From: a virus
DNA: 64,000 bases
Direction: 5' to 3' (one strand)
Virus record (IMG/VR): IMGVR_UViG_3300023178_000043
Coordinates: 2,728-66,727 of that record
The translations under genes and the position numbers were made by a program. Under the pieces are notes generated by a model. That model saw only the letters and a program-made list of their open reading frames with translations. It searched no databases and had not been told where the DNA came from. The first letter of the stretch is position 1, and each line of letters begins with the position of its first letter. Below are positions 1 through 8,622 of the stretch, in pieces.

Positions 1-10
1 TTCATGATGG

Positions 11-65
11 ATCATATAAAAATTCTACCCCATCCTCAAGGGGCTAAATGTAACAGGAATGTAAC
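11..65 (-). promoter_or_regulatory. sigma70-type promoter with upstream GTTACA direct repeat; probably leaderless start for a gene running off the window edge (ATG at 5..3)
   Basis: Minus strand GTTACA-N5-GTTACA-N9-TTGAGG-N17-TATGAT-N5-ATG. Confidence 0.75.
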
Positions 66-145
66 GGAGTGTAAGTCGTTGAGTGGTAACCATTTACAAG
101 GTCGGGACCGGGGGGTTCTGGTGTAACCCATTGAACCCGTTGAAG

Positions 146-649
146 TTAGAGAAACACAGGATGGTGGTTTTTGATTTTCTTCTCAACCATCCCCACATGA
201 ATCACATGGTCCTTGTTGAGTAGGGTGTCGAGGTCGATGTTCGTAGCGTAGTAGTTCCCCACGTTCCCAGCCTTCCAATCACTTTCAAGGAGGGGAACCT
301 GAATCGCGAAGAATTCCAGCCGTTTCGTGACCACGTTCTCCGTCCATGTGACCATGAGGTAATCTCCATCACGTTTCGAGAACGCTCCACCCCTCCATGA
401 ACGAGAGTGGTAGCTGGTCTTGATTTCTACGGGGTTGTCGTCCACGTAGATGTCCGCTTCATGGTCACCGTTCCCACGACGACACCGAACACCCAGCTCC
501 TCGCAGAAGGTCGTTTCTAGGATGTTGGAAATTAGCTCGGACTTCAGCTTGCGAGAGAGGTCAGTCTGGTCACCCATGATTTCCGACATCCGCTCCCACT
601 TGTCCGCGACTCGCGAGAGGGTCTGGTCCACATCACCAAGGTATTGCAT
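146..649 (-). CDS. PD-(D/E)xK nuclease-like protein
   Basis: Motif EADIYVDDNPVEIKTS; ATG at 649 overlaps the upstream TAA (TAATG) with a GGAG SD, so the start is shortened from the ORF track. Confidence 0.6.
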   Translation of the reverse strand: MQYLGDVDQTLSRVADKWERMSEIMGDQTDLSRKLKSELISNILETTFCEELGVRCRRGNGDHEADIYVDDNPVEIKTSYHSRSWRGGAFSKRDGDYLMVTWTENVVTKRLEFFAIQVPLLESDWKAGNVGNYYATNIDLDTLLNKDHVIHVGMVEKKIKNHHPVFL

Positions 650-894
650 TATGCGTACTCCAACGTGTAGGTTTTTGGATTGTAGACAGGAATGTCGAGG
701 TCCTGACCCCACAGTCCAAGGTCGTTCTTGAGGTAGGTCAACTCACGATATGTCGAGAAGTAGCGAAGGTACTCACGGGAATCGTCGGACATCTTCCAGA
801 AGGGGTCATACCTGCGGCGGAGTGTGTGGAACCGTTCGAGGTCGTGGTCAATCTCGTTCATTTCTGTCTCGTTGGTGAGGAGGTCATTTTTCAT
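649..894 (-). CDS. hypothetical early protein
   Basis: 81 aa ORF starting 6 nt after a -10 box. Confidence 0.7.
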   Translation of the reverse strand: MKNDLLTNETEMNEIDHDLERFHTLRRRYDPFWKMSDDSREYLRYFSTYRELTYLKNDLGLWGQDLDIPVYNPKTYTLEYA

Positions 895-900
895 ACGAGT

Positions 901-955
901 AATATACAGAGTTCGAGGTCAGAAATCAAGACCGTTTCTGTAACAGGATTGTAAC
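901..955 (-). promoter_or_regulatory. sigma70-type promoter with GTTACA direct repeat
   Basis: GTTACA-N5-GTTACA-N9-TTGATT-N17-TATATT-N6-ATG. Confidence 0.75.
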
Positions 956-1135
956 ATCCTCACAGATTTCTTGAGGGGTTCCCTCTGGTCGGTCGGTCAA
1001 CGCCTGAAGGACCACGGGGTAGACGAGTCCAAAGGTGAACCCACGACCCAACCCGAAGCGGAGCATGGTCATCACCTTTTCAAAGCGACGGTCAGACGAA
1101 GGTCGGTAGGAGATTCTGGGGAGAGAGTAGGTCAT
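926..1135 (-). CDS. hypothetical protein (69 aa)
   Basis: Starts MTYSLPRISY after a purine-rich SD; 3' part of ORF-track 926..1315. Confidence 0.5.
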   Translation of the reverse strand: MTYSLPRISYRPSSDRRFEKVMTMLRFGLGRGFTFGLVYPVVLQALTDRPEGTPQEICEDVTILLQKRS

Positions 1136-1137
1136 GG

Positions 1138-1245
1138 TTACTTCCCCTTCCCGATGCCTAGGCTTCCGTTCGTTCCGTTCGCGAAGGCGATGATGAGTCC
1201 GTAGTTCAGGAGAATGAATCCGACGAGAATCAGAACCTTGGTCAT
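1138..1245 (-). CDS. small membrane protein (35 aa)
   Basis: MTKVLILVGFILLNYGLIIAFANG..., GGAGG SD, fills the gap between neighbours. Confidence 0.55.
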   Translation of the reverse strand: MTKVLILVGFILLNYGLIIAFANGTNGSLGIGKGK

Positions 1246-1248
1246 GGT

Positions 1249-1524
1249 TCAACCTCCACCGAACTGGTAAGCGATGACCCGAGCATCTCCTGAAACCTGA
1301 CCCTGTAGGGTCCACGTTCCGTCGATGTCGTCGTCCTCATCGAACACATGGTAGGTTCCACCCTGAGCGTTCTGCTTGGTGTGAGCGAGGATAACGTCAC
1401 GGATGGAGTCAACGTCAGGAGCGACGACGACCATCATCCCGTAGGAGTAGTCTTGGAGCACATCGTTGGAGGTGTAGAGGTTCATCATCTCTGTTTCCGT
1501 GTTGAGGTGTGTTTCATTCTTCAT
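1249..1524 (-). CDS. hypothetical early protein
   Basis: 91 aa ORF directly after a promoter. Confidence 0.7.
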   Translation of the reverse strand: MKNETHLNTETEMMNLYTSNDVLQDYSYGMMVVVAPDVDSIRDVILAHTKQNAQGGTYHVFDEDDDIDGTWTLQGQVSGDARVIAYQFGGG

Positions 1525-1529
1525 GATGG

Positions 1530-1558
1530 ATCATACAATGGACCAACCCCAAGGTCAA
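1530..1558 (-). promoter_or_regulatory. sigma70-type promoter, leaderless geometry
   Basis: TTGACC-N17-TATGAT-N5-ATG; 1520..1535 is identical to 1..16. Confidence 0.7.
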
Positions 1559-1762
1559 GGGGCTGGGTGAAATTTATCCCCTTGTCCCCCAACGACTTAG
1601 CAATTTGTTGGAACGAGAGGGTCGAAAATCGGTCAGTTCGGCAGACTTATTTGTAAATGGTCGAGGGGGTGGGTCCGTTTGGGTCGGGCCTCGTTGACGC
1701 ACATTTCGGGGACGCAATTTTTACCTATAGAAAAGTTACTTTAGTAAATTGCCCGGGCAATT

Positions 1763-2323
1763 TTATTCCTCTATAAGATGGTCCATTTCAAATTCTGTTA
1801 GTAGAGAAGGAATGGTATGTTTCAGAGGAAACTCATCTTTCCAAATAGGATCATATCTACCAGATCGGTGACTCCAACCAAATGAATCATAACGATTTAA
1901 AGTCAATTGAACAAATTTAGGTCGGCCATTTTTAGTTGTATACTTAATAGAATTGTTCTGTTCGCTTGTAATATCCACGGTATTACAAACTTTACTAATA
2001 AACTCTTCAACAAAATTATCAAAACTCTTTAGAATTTCAGGTTGTAGTTCCACAATAGCGTGAGCCATGACACGGGGATTGATATAATGGTCCGCTGTCG
2101 GCTTCTTACCAAATTCCACACGATTACGTTCAGCATCTACTGAAATAAAATGTGTTGATTGTTGTCTTGTTATACGACGAATTGCTTGATAAACGCTATT
2201 TAGAATAACAGATTTAGCCTGCGGACTCGCGTGTTTCCAGTTATTCTGTTCATTCTTGAGGAGATTAAACGCAATTTCAGTCGCTTTATGATTCGTGTAA
2301 TAGTTCCACATTGTATTAGACAT
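1763..2323 (-). CDS. hypothetical protein
   Basis: 186 aa ORF with AAAGG SD. Confidence 0.75.
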   Translation of the reverse strand: MSNTMWNYYTNHKATEIAFNLLKNEQNNWKHASPQAKSVILNSVYQAIRRITRQQSTHFISVDAERNRVEFGKKPTADHYINPRVMAHAIVELQPEILKSFDNFVEEFISKVCNTVDITSEQNNSIKYTTKNGRPKFVQLTLNRYDSFGWSHRSGRYDPIWKDEFPLKHTIPSLLTEFEMDHLIEE

Positions 2324-2363
2324 TGGTACCTTTCTTTTTTCTAGACGCAGCCCTAACCGTTAG

Positions 2364-3722
2364 TCACCAGCTGAGGCCCCTAGTCGTTAGTTCTTTCTTT
2401 CCATTGATAAAAGACGCATTCAGAGCCTTTTTAGTTAGAAGTGCGACAGGGGTGCCGTTGACATCTACTTTATCCATACATTCTTCGGGATTATTGACAT
2501 CTTCACAGGAAATCTTTTGAGCAAGATAAAAAATGTTATTATCAATAAAATCGGTAATATTAGAATCGTTACGAGTTAGATTGTTATCATCAATGTTAAC
2601 AAGTCCAATATCTACCAACCAATTGGCTTGTACAAGTATCCAATCAATCCACTTCCTGAACATTCTGGGAATCCTAATACGGTTCATGTCAAGATAATTT
2701 TCGGTCTTATAACCTGTACCACCATAAATCCCAACAACAAGGTTAACAAATGTTTTATTTGTCTCATAGTAGCGTTCTGCCGCGTCGCTCATGTCTCGAC
2801 CAAAATTATCTGCGGAAGCATCAGCAAACGGTTGAATCCGAACTACATATTCTTCAAGTTCTTGTTCGGAACGTGTGGGTCCGTATTTTCTGTATACAGT
2901 TGAATCAATAGACTTAAGACCTGTTTTAACGATACGAATTCCCTTACGACTCTTAACATTGTTAGTAACTGTTTTCTTAATTTCTTCTGTTCTGTCATTA
3001 TCGGTTAGTCCAAGATTATCAACTGTCTTTTCCGTGGCCTTTTCAATAATCTCTTCTACTGTACTGTCCACATCAACAGTGTTTGTCTTAGTCATGTGTT
3101 CAACTTCACGTTGAACCTCGCGTTCCATGACAACTGTAAGACTTTCATCATCAATCATGGCACGCGGTTCGGGACGAACACGATGATTTTCTTCTGTTTG
3201 AAGCTTTTCAATAATCGCTTCTCTATCCCAATAACGACCATCCGAATCCGTCATTTCATTAATTTCAATAACTTGAACAAGGATGGCCGGATAATTCGTA
3301 GCACGAGCGGCAAAGGAACGGTGGTGTCCATAGATCAACTTATATCTAGACTTTTCGGCTACCCACTCCACGCCAGGCATCCAATGACGACGGGGTTCGT
3401 AATCGCCGTTTTGGTACATAGCTTGAAACTCTTTCTTTACCTTATCTTTGATTCCACCTACACGGGTAGGGTTGTCGTCTGGATTCATTTCAATTTCGTC
3501 GGCAGGAGTCCATATAAACCCCTTAGTAACCACACACCCTTTGGGGATAATATTACGGCGTTCAAGCCATTGAATCATGTTGTCGTAAGATCTCCAATAT
3601 ATTGGGTTAGAAAGTTCCTCCCAATCGTATGGCATAATACGCGCTTTTGGGTGATTCTTAATCACATCATGATATTGTTGATAGATCTCTGGACGATTGG
3701 ACAGTTCAAATTGTGGTCCCAT
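2364..3722 (-). CDS. ParB/Srx-like domain protein
   Basis: YKLIYGHHRSFAA resembles the ParB-N GxxR motif; 452 aa. Confidence 0.6.
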   Translation of the reverse strand: MGPQFELSNRPEIYQQYHDVIKNHPKARIMPYDWEELSNPIYWRSYDNMIQWLERRNIIPKGCVVTKGFIWTPADEIEMNPDDNPTRVGGIKDKVKKEFQAMYQNGDYEPRRHWMPGVEWVAEKSRYKLIYGHHRSFAARATNYPAILVQVIEINEMTDSDGRYWDREAIIEKLQTEENHRVRPEPRAMIDDESLTVVMEREVQREVEHMTKTNTVDVDSTVEEIIEKATEKTVDNLGLTDNDRTEEIKKTVTNNVKSRKGIRIVKTGLKSIDSTVYRKYGPTRSEQELEEYVVRIQPFADASADNFGRDMSDAAERYYETNKTFVNLVVGIYGGTGYKTENYLDMNRIRIPRMFRKWIDWILVQANWLVDIGLVNIDDNNLTRNDSNITDFIDNNIFYLAQKISCEDVNNPEECMDKVDVNGTPVALLTKKALNASFINGKKELTTRGLSW

Positions 3723-3766
3723 AGTTTTTTTCCTTACGGTTTATAGTTTAAATTTTATATATTAAT

Positions 3767-3822
3767 AATATAATGTATTTTAGCCCAAAAATCAATACTT
3801 CAATTGTAACAACAATTGTAAC
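3767..3822 (-). promoter_or_regulatory. sigma70-type promoter with GTTACA direct repeat
   Basis: GTTACA-N6-GTTACA-N9-TTGATT-N17-TATATT. Confidence 0.75.
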
Positions 3823-3909
3823 ACTTTAATGAATTCTAATCTTGTAAATCGTCCCACATTAAATAAAAAATATACACTAAAGTCGTTAACACTAAAGCAC
3901 CAACTGTAC

Positions 3910-4095
3910 TTATAGGCATTGATAGAAACTCACTGTTGTTGTGTCTATAGAAATTATACTGTCGTTTACAAATGTGGTGTCAATTTGAGTACACGTAGGT
4001 AATGGTTCTACGACGGTTTCGGTGTTACAACTTACAATAACTAATAATAAAATAAAAACCATTTTAACTAAAGTTTTGTAAACAAATCCGTCCAT
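3910..4095 (-). CDS. putative small lipoprotein
   Basis: Hydrophobic stretch ending IVSC; GAGG SD. Confidence 0.5.
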   Translation of the reverse strand: MDGFVYKTLVKMVFILLLVIVSCNTETVVEPLPTCTQIDTTFVNDSIISIDTTTVSFYQCL

Positions 4096-4174
4096 TAGAA
4101 TGCCTCGCTAAGAAATAATACAAAAAGTAACATTAATAATAAAAATAAAAAAACGAGGGAAAGAACAACAGACA

Positions 4175-4558
4175 TTAACGAATAGTATCACGCGCCGGCG
4201 GTCTTACTCTCCTCTGTTCACGTTGTGTTTCGGGTCTTAGTCTATCTCTGTTCACTGGTGGTCTAGGCACCGCTCTACGTGGTGGTCTGGGGTTTTCCTT
4301 TGGTTCCATACGTTGTCTACGATTTGGAACGACCACGGGTCCAAGGTACCTTGGATAGCTGTAGATGATACGGGTATCGTATCTGTCATAGAAGTCTAGG
4401 TAACGATACGTTGGTCTTGGTGTGTATCGTGGTGTGTAATACGTTTTGTATGTATTACGCAACTGAGGGCGTGAATCCTCCATCTCGTATAGGTGAAAAG
4501 TACACGCTTGTAAGAATACAATACTTAATCCTACTAATACTAAGAACATCTTTTTCAT
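4175..4558 (-). CDS. putative lipoprotein with Arg/Pro-rich tail
   Basis: MKKMFLVLVGLSIVFLQAC lipobox; AGGAG SD before the MKK start. Confidence 0.65.
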   Translation of the reverse strand: MKKMFLVLVGLSIVFLQACTFHLYEMEDSRPQLRNTYKTYYTPRYTPRPTYRYLDFYDRYDTRIIYSYPRYLGPVVVPNRRQRMEPKENPRPPRRAVPRPPVNRDRLRPETQREQRRVRPPARDTIR

Positions 4559-4593
4559 AATTATTCTCCTATACAAGTTACATTATATAAATA

Positions 4594-5190
4594 TCACATA
4601 AGTTTAATACCCACATTTACTCCGAAAAACCATAGGGAGTCTGACAATCCTTGGTTGTCACCCTTGGAATATCGTTCAAGAAACGGACCAAACTTCATTG
4701 GACCATCACCAATACTAATGCCGAATTGATTTCTCCAATCGTCAATAGTTAAATCATCCTGAACTTCCCAACGTGGTTGAATGATTCCCCACAATGCAAG
4801 TTCATCGGTGACACGTTGGTCGTATTCTAACATCCAACGGAAACGCCAGTAGTCATCTTCAATATTGAAGTTTCTATGTTCCATTCTGGTGTTAAGACCA
4901 AATGGTCCAGATTCCCAAAGGGGTAATGTAAACTTCCAACGTTTTTCAACGATATCTTCATCCAATCCGTTGTCGTCAACTGAGTAACGATACCCTACTT
5001 CTAGATTACTAAACTTATAACCCAACTCAGCGTGAATATAATCACGAATGTTACTATCTAAATCTCTTTGTCTAAGAGATAGATAAAATTGGTCAGCAGA
5101 AACCTCGTAATTAGTTTCTGCAAATGACCATTCTTCTTGTGCTGAAAGTTGGAGTGGAAGTAGTGCTAATAATAGTAAAATCTTTTTCAC
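4594..5190 (-). CDS. outer-membrane beta-barrel protein (DUF2490-like)
   Basis: Signal peptide, alternating amphipathic strands, RxEHR..RFR pattern, C-terminal strand FFGVNVGIKL. Confidence 0.6.
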   Translation of the reverse strand: MKKILLLLALLPLQLSAQEEWSFAETNYEVSADQFYLSLRQRDLDSNIRDYIHAELGYKFSNLEVGYRYSVDDNGLDEDIVEKRWKFTLPLWESGPFGLNTRMEHRNFNIEDDYWRFRWMLEYDQRVTDELALWGIIQPRWEVQDDLTIDDWRNQFGISIGDGPMKFGPFLERYSKGDNQGLSDSLWFFGVNVGIKLM

Positions 5191-5192
5191 AG

Positions 5193-5660
5193 TTAATCCT
5201 GTTGGTCAAGTAAAAGGTTACAATTTGCAAATTCTGCTCCGTGACCGACAACTCCTAGTGCATGGAGACTTTCGTGAGCGTTCACCCAATGGACCCTTCG
5301 GTATGGATAGGCAATCCAGATAGCTTTATTTCCTCTATCATACCAACCAGCCAAATCTAAGTAGTTTCTACCTTCTGAAAAACGTATCTCACGGTCAGCA
5401 TAAATAAACCATTTGATATCTTCGTAATCTACACCAGTATTGATACCCGAACAAGTTTTTGCATATTCAAACGCATCTCGTCTTACTTGTTCAATAACTG
5501 CCATTTGTGTGGAGTCATCAATTGTATCTTGGGTTAGTTGAACATAATCAATGGATGGACGGCTTAGGATATACCACACCAAGAAAAGCAATACGAATAG
5601 TATTCCACTGAGAGTAATTATTGTTTCTTTGTCTAAGAATTCTCTAATATCTTTTGTCAT
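5193..5660 (-). CDS. membrane-anchored zincin metallopeptidase-like protein
   Basis: N-terminal TM; AHESLHALGVVGH (HExxH..H). Confidence 0.6.
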   Translation of the reverse strand: MTKDIREFLDKETIITLSGILFVLLFLVWYILSRPSIDYVQLTQDTIDDSTQMAVIEQVRRDAFEYAKTCSGINTGVDYEDIKWFIYADREIRFSEGRNYLDLAGWYDRGNKAIWIAYPYRRVHWVNAHESLHALGVVGHGAEFANCNLLLDQQD

Positions 5661-5678
5661 TTTTTCTCCTTGTTAAAA

Positions 5679-5763
5679 CGGAAAGGGTGGGATTCGAACC
5701 CACGAGCACTTACGTGCGACAGATTAGCAGTCTGCTCCTTTAGGCCAGCTCAGGCACCTTTCC
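5679..5763 (-). tRNA. tRNA-Ser(GCT)
   Basis: Cloverleaf, long variable arm, GCAGA-CTGCTAA-TCTGT, GGTTCGAATCC. Confidence 0.95.
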
Positions 5764-6247
5764 CTATTTCTTTAATTGATAAATTATCTACTATTTCAAA
5801 CTTTACCAATCCTCTATGATATTCTGCATGATGGTTTGGACATAACGCAAAAGTATTTTCTGTAGAATATTTTCCACCATTTTTACCTTCAATAAATCTA
5901 TGAACATCGTGAGTTTTTTCATAGTTACAAGAAGTTACCATACATTTTCCATCCCAACCAAGTTCTTTAAATTCTTGTAAAATTCCGGCGCTTTTATTAC
6001 GGTGAGTTTTTCTTTGTGTAGTATCTCTGACTCTGCGTTTGAAGCAATTTTGTGAACAGTAAACTTGAGTGGACTTTATTCCGTTAAATGATGTTTTACA
6101 AGTTGGACAAGTCTTTTTAGATTTGTTTAATTTCCATGATGAAAAACAATCTTTATTACAAAAATTATTTTTAGTTTCTTGTAATTGTTTGGGTCTTTTG
6201 TAGAACGGCGTGTTACACCAATCACATTTAGTATTTGCTTTTCTCAT
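5750..6247 (-). CDS. free-standing HNH homing endonuclease with N-terminal zinc fingers
   Basis: Repeated CxxC...FC/YCxxxC motifs; DVHR...N...LCPNHHAEYH. Confidence 0.8.
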   Translation of the reverse strand: MRKANTKCDWCNTPFYKRPKQLQETKNNFCNKDCFSSWKLNKSKKTCPTCKTSFNGIKSTQVYCSQNCFKRRVRDTTQRKTHRNKSAGILQEFKELGWDGKCMVTSCNYEKTHDVHRFIEGKNGGKYSTENTFALCPNHHAEYHRGLVKFEIVDNLSIKEIGKGA

Positions 6248-6312
6248 ATATAAATCCTCATAAGAGTACTATATATAAGTATCATGTACCTTACCTTTCC
6301 CTATTTCTTTAA
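5756..6312. repeat. 20-bp direct repeat flanking the HNH gene (5756..5775 and 6293..6312)
   Basis: ACCTTTCCCTATTTCTTTAA present identically at both positions. Confidence 0.9.
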
Positions 6313-6684
6313 CCACGAATGTTCTGGTGTTAATTTAAACGAACCCATATATCCTTTCCATCCTGTATTTTCGTAGGAAAGTAATGAAAGAAAATAGGTT
6401 CCATTTTTTCGTTCGTATAAATAATAAGTTTGACCAATCTTGGGTTTAAAATTGATTTCGGCTTCGTATACTGCTTTATTCCAGTAATACTCTTTGACCA
6501 ATGCTTCCCAATCGTCTTTGAGTCGGTCATACTTTTCTTTGAAGTAATGACCAAAAGTTGGTTCAACGGTCTTTATCCACCCCTTAATGTCCTCAGGCGT
6601 AATGCTAGCGGGACTATTAGGGGTTCTACCGTATGAGAGACTGTTGTCTCTCTTACCGTCTTCTATGGGTTCTGGTAACGACAT
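6301..6684 (-). CDS. DUF2452-like protein
   Basis: Y.AEINFKPKIGQTYYLY pattern. Confidence 0.6.
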   Translation of the reverse strand: MSLPEPIEDGKRDNSLSYGRTPNSPASITPEDIKGWIKTVEPTFGHYFKEKYDRLKDDWEALVKEYYWNKAVYEAEINFKPKIGQTYYLYERKNGTYFLSLLSYENTGWKGYMGSFKLTPEHSWLKK

Positions 6685-6705
6685 TAAAAATACACCATAT
6701 TGGTA

Positions 6706-6975
6706 TTAAAGTAAACCAGCTTCACGAAGGTCCCACTTGTTTAATTTATGTTGAATGTTTAATCCCATATTTTTTATCTTTCCAGTTTTTTTACATACTT
6801 TAGAATGTTGAAACCATTCATCTGGTTCACATCGCGATGAATCAGTATGCATTCTATTCACAGTCCAATATTTCGGGCCCTCTGTAATTTTATAATACGA
6901 TAGTGGAAAACCAAATCGTAACATCCCAATGTATTGGTGAAGATAATCTTCCATGTTAATTCTTATACCATTCAT
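6706..6975 (-). CDS. hypothetical protein
   Basis: 89 aa ORF, GGAGG SD. Confidence 0.7.
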   Translation of the reverse strand: MNGIRINMEDYLHQYIGMLRFGFPLSYYKITEGPKYWTVNRMHTDSSRCEPDEWFQHSKVCKKTGKIKNMGLNIQHKLNKWDLREAGLL

Positions 6976-6994
6976 TATTCCTCCATATAACTTA

Positions 6995-7067
6995 TACCCC
7001 CGGTTGGATTCGAACCAACGACTCCCGGCTTAGAAGGCCGGTGCTCTATCCACTGAGCTACGGAGGC
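6995..7067 (-). tRNA. tRNA-Arg(TCT)
   Basis: CCGGC-CTTCTAA-GCCGG anticodon arm, canonical D and T loops. Confidence 0.95.
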
Positions 7068-7072
7068 ATTTA

Positions 7073-7145
<73 letters not shown>

Positions 7146-7182
7146 ATGTAACTTATTAAGATAACATTATTCGTACAGTCTG

Positions 7183-7410
7183 TCAAGTATTATTGTGTGG
7201 ACATCTTGGGTCATCACTATATCCAGCAATTCCTAACCAAATTGTATCCCCATAAATCCATTGACCGGGGTTATTTGGGTCACGAACGCTATCAGTAGTA
7301 AATAATCTTATGACACACACAATACTTTCTGTGTAAATCGGACCAGTAATGGCCTGACAACTAGAAAGTATAGCAGTAGAAAATAATACTGCTATAAAAA
7401 ACTTTTTCAT
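7183..7410 (-). CDS. putative lipoprotein
   Basis: MKKFFIAVLFSTAILSSC lipobox. Confidence 0.65.
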   Translation of the reverse strand: MKKFFIAVLFSTAILSSCQAITGPIYTESIVCVIRLFTTDSVRDPNNPGQWIYGDTIWLGIAGYSDDPRCPHNNT

Positions 7411-7411
7411 T

Positions 7412-7792
7412 TTACTGTACTACAGTTACTAAAACCGAATCCACTGTGTTATACGTACCTGTAGCCTTTATGTACGAAGTTCCTGCTACCCCATTTGAAC
7501 TAATAAATCCGTCTAAAGTAATTTTAACGGTATTGGGGCTTGTTGAACTCCAAACTACAAGTGGATTACTTAGGTATGTTAACATTGTACCATTTGCGTT
7601 AAACGCAAAGCATTGTCCCGTGGTTAATTCTGCTAAAGACAATGTAGCTACCGTACAAGCAACATCTGCAACCTGTGTGGTGTTAACCAATTGGTCCGCA
7701 AAGGTTTCAAGTTCTGTCACCCCTGTGAAGTCAAAAGATTGTGTACAACCACCTATTAACATAACACCTATTACTAATAGTAACTTTCGCAT
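7412..7792 (-). CDS. lipoprotein with Ig-like (Big_2) domain
   Basis: LIGGC lipobox; VVWSSTSPNTVKI..DG....GVAGTSYIKAT. Confidence 0.65.
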   Translation of the reverse strand: MRKLLLVIGVMLIGGCTQSFDFTGVTELETFADQLVNTTQVADVACTVATLSLAELTTGQCFAFNANGTMLTYLSNPLVVWSSTSPNTVKITLDGFISSNGVAGTSYIKATGTYNTVDSVLVTVVQ

Positions 7793-7804
7793 AACGTGCT
7801 CCAG

Positions 7805-8506
7805 TTAATGTGTTTTGTTATATAACTCCATGTATTCGTTTAACAATGCGTCAACCACTGAATTTCTATGATTTGTTTGCAAAGTATGTGAATCCATATC
7901 TTTGACCTTTTTAGAAACCGACAAGATAAATTTAAATCCAGAATCTTGTTTTTGTTTAAGGTCAACCTGCTGGTTGTCACCACATATAACCATTTTACTA
8001 CGAATACCCAATCTGGACACAATCATTTCTGTTTGTTCGTGTGTGCAGTTTTGTGCTTCGTCAACAATTATAAAACTATCCAAGAAAGTACGACCACGCA
8101 TAAATGCAACAGGAACGATTTCTACATACCCATTGGACAAAACATCGTCAATCTTATCTTTTTTATATAGTTGGTAAAAATTAGAATAGATGGGTTGCAT
8201 CCAAGGTTCCATCTTTTCTCGTAAGTCGCCGGGGAGAAATCCTATTTCTTCTTTTGATACGGTTGGTCGTGTAATAATAATTTGCTTGACTTCTTTTCTA
8301 AACAACATATCAAGAGCCACTTGACACGCTAACAAAGTCTTACCAGACCCGGCTTTTCCGTTAAGAACAGTGATAGCATTATCAAGTATCTTTTGTTTTG
8401 CTACTTTCTGTTCGTCGTTTAATTGTATTTGAAACTTTATTGGTCCTTTCGGTTTTCTAGGTGTTTTTGTTTCACCATTACCGTTACCATTCTTTTTTCT
8501 AGGCAT
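7805..8506 (-). CDS. phoH: PhoH-family ATPase
   Basis: GKAGSGKT, RP.V...IGFLPG, FMRGRTF, DEAQN, GD..QVDL, HRN. Confidence 0.95.
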   Translation of the reverse strand: MPRKKNGNGNGETKTPRKPKGPIKFQIQLNDEQKVAKQKILDNAITVLNGKAGSGKTLLACQVALDMLFRKEVKQIIITRPTVSKEEIGFLPGDLREKMEPWMQPIYSNFYQLYKKDKIDDVLSNGYVEIVPVAFMRGRTFLDSFIIVDEAQNCTHEQTEMIVSRLGIRSKMVICGDNQQVDLKQKQDSGFKFILSVSKKVKDMDSHTLQTNHRNSVVDALLNEYMELYNKTH

Positions 8507-8542
8507 AACATATAATCTCTTAAATGTAACACCTATAAGTAG

Positions 8543-8616
8543 TGGGAAGTGAGGGATTCGAACCCCCGGCCCTCTGGATGTAAACCAGATGCTCTAACCA
8601 ACTGAGCTAACTTCCC
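8543..8616 (-). tRNA. tRNA-Val(TAC)
   Basis: Cloverleaf, TCTGG-TTTACAT-CCAGA. Confidence 0.95.
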
Positions 8617-8622
8617 ATGTAG

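Noticed and set aside
1660-1730. Definite genome terminus or packaging site at the GC step
   Set aside because: The G-rich tract is suggestive but cannot be supported without read data
5750-6247. Group I intron within tRNA-Ser
   Set aside because: The tRNA is complete without splicing and there is no room for a ribozyme core around the ORF
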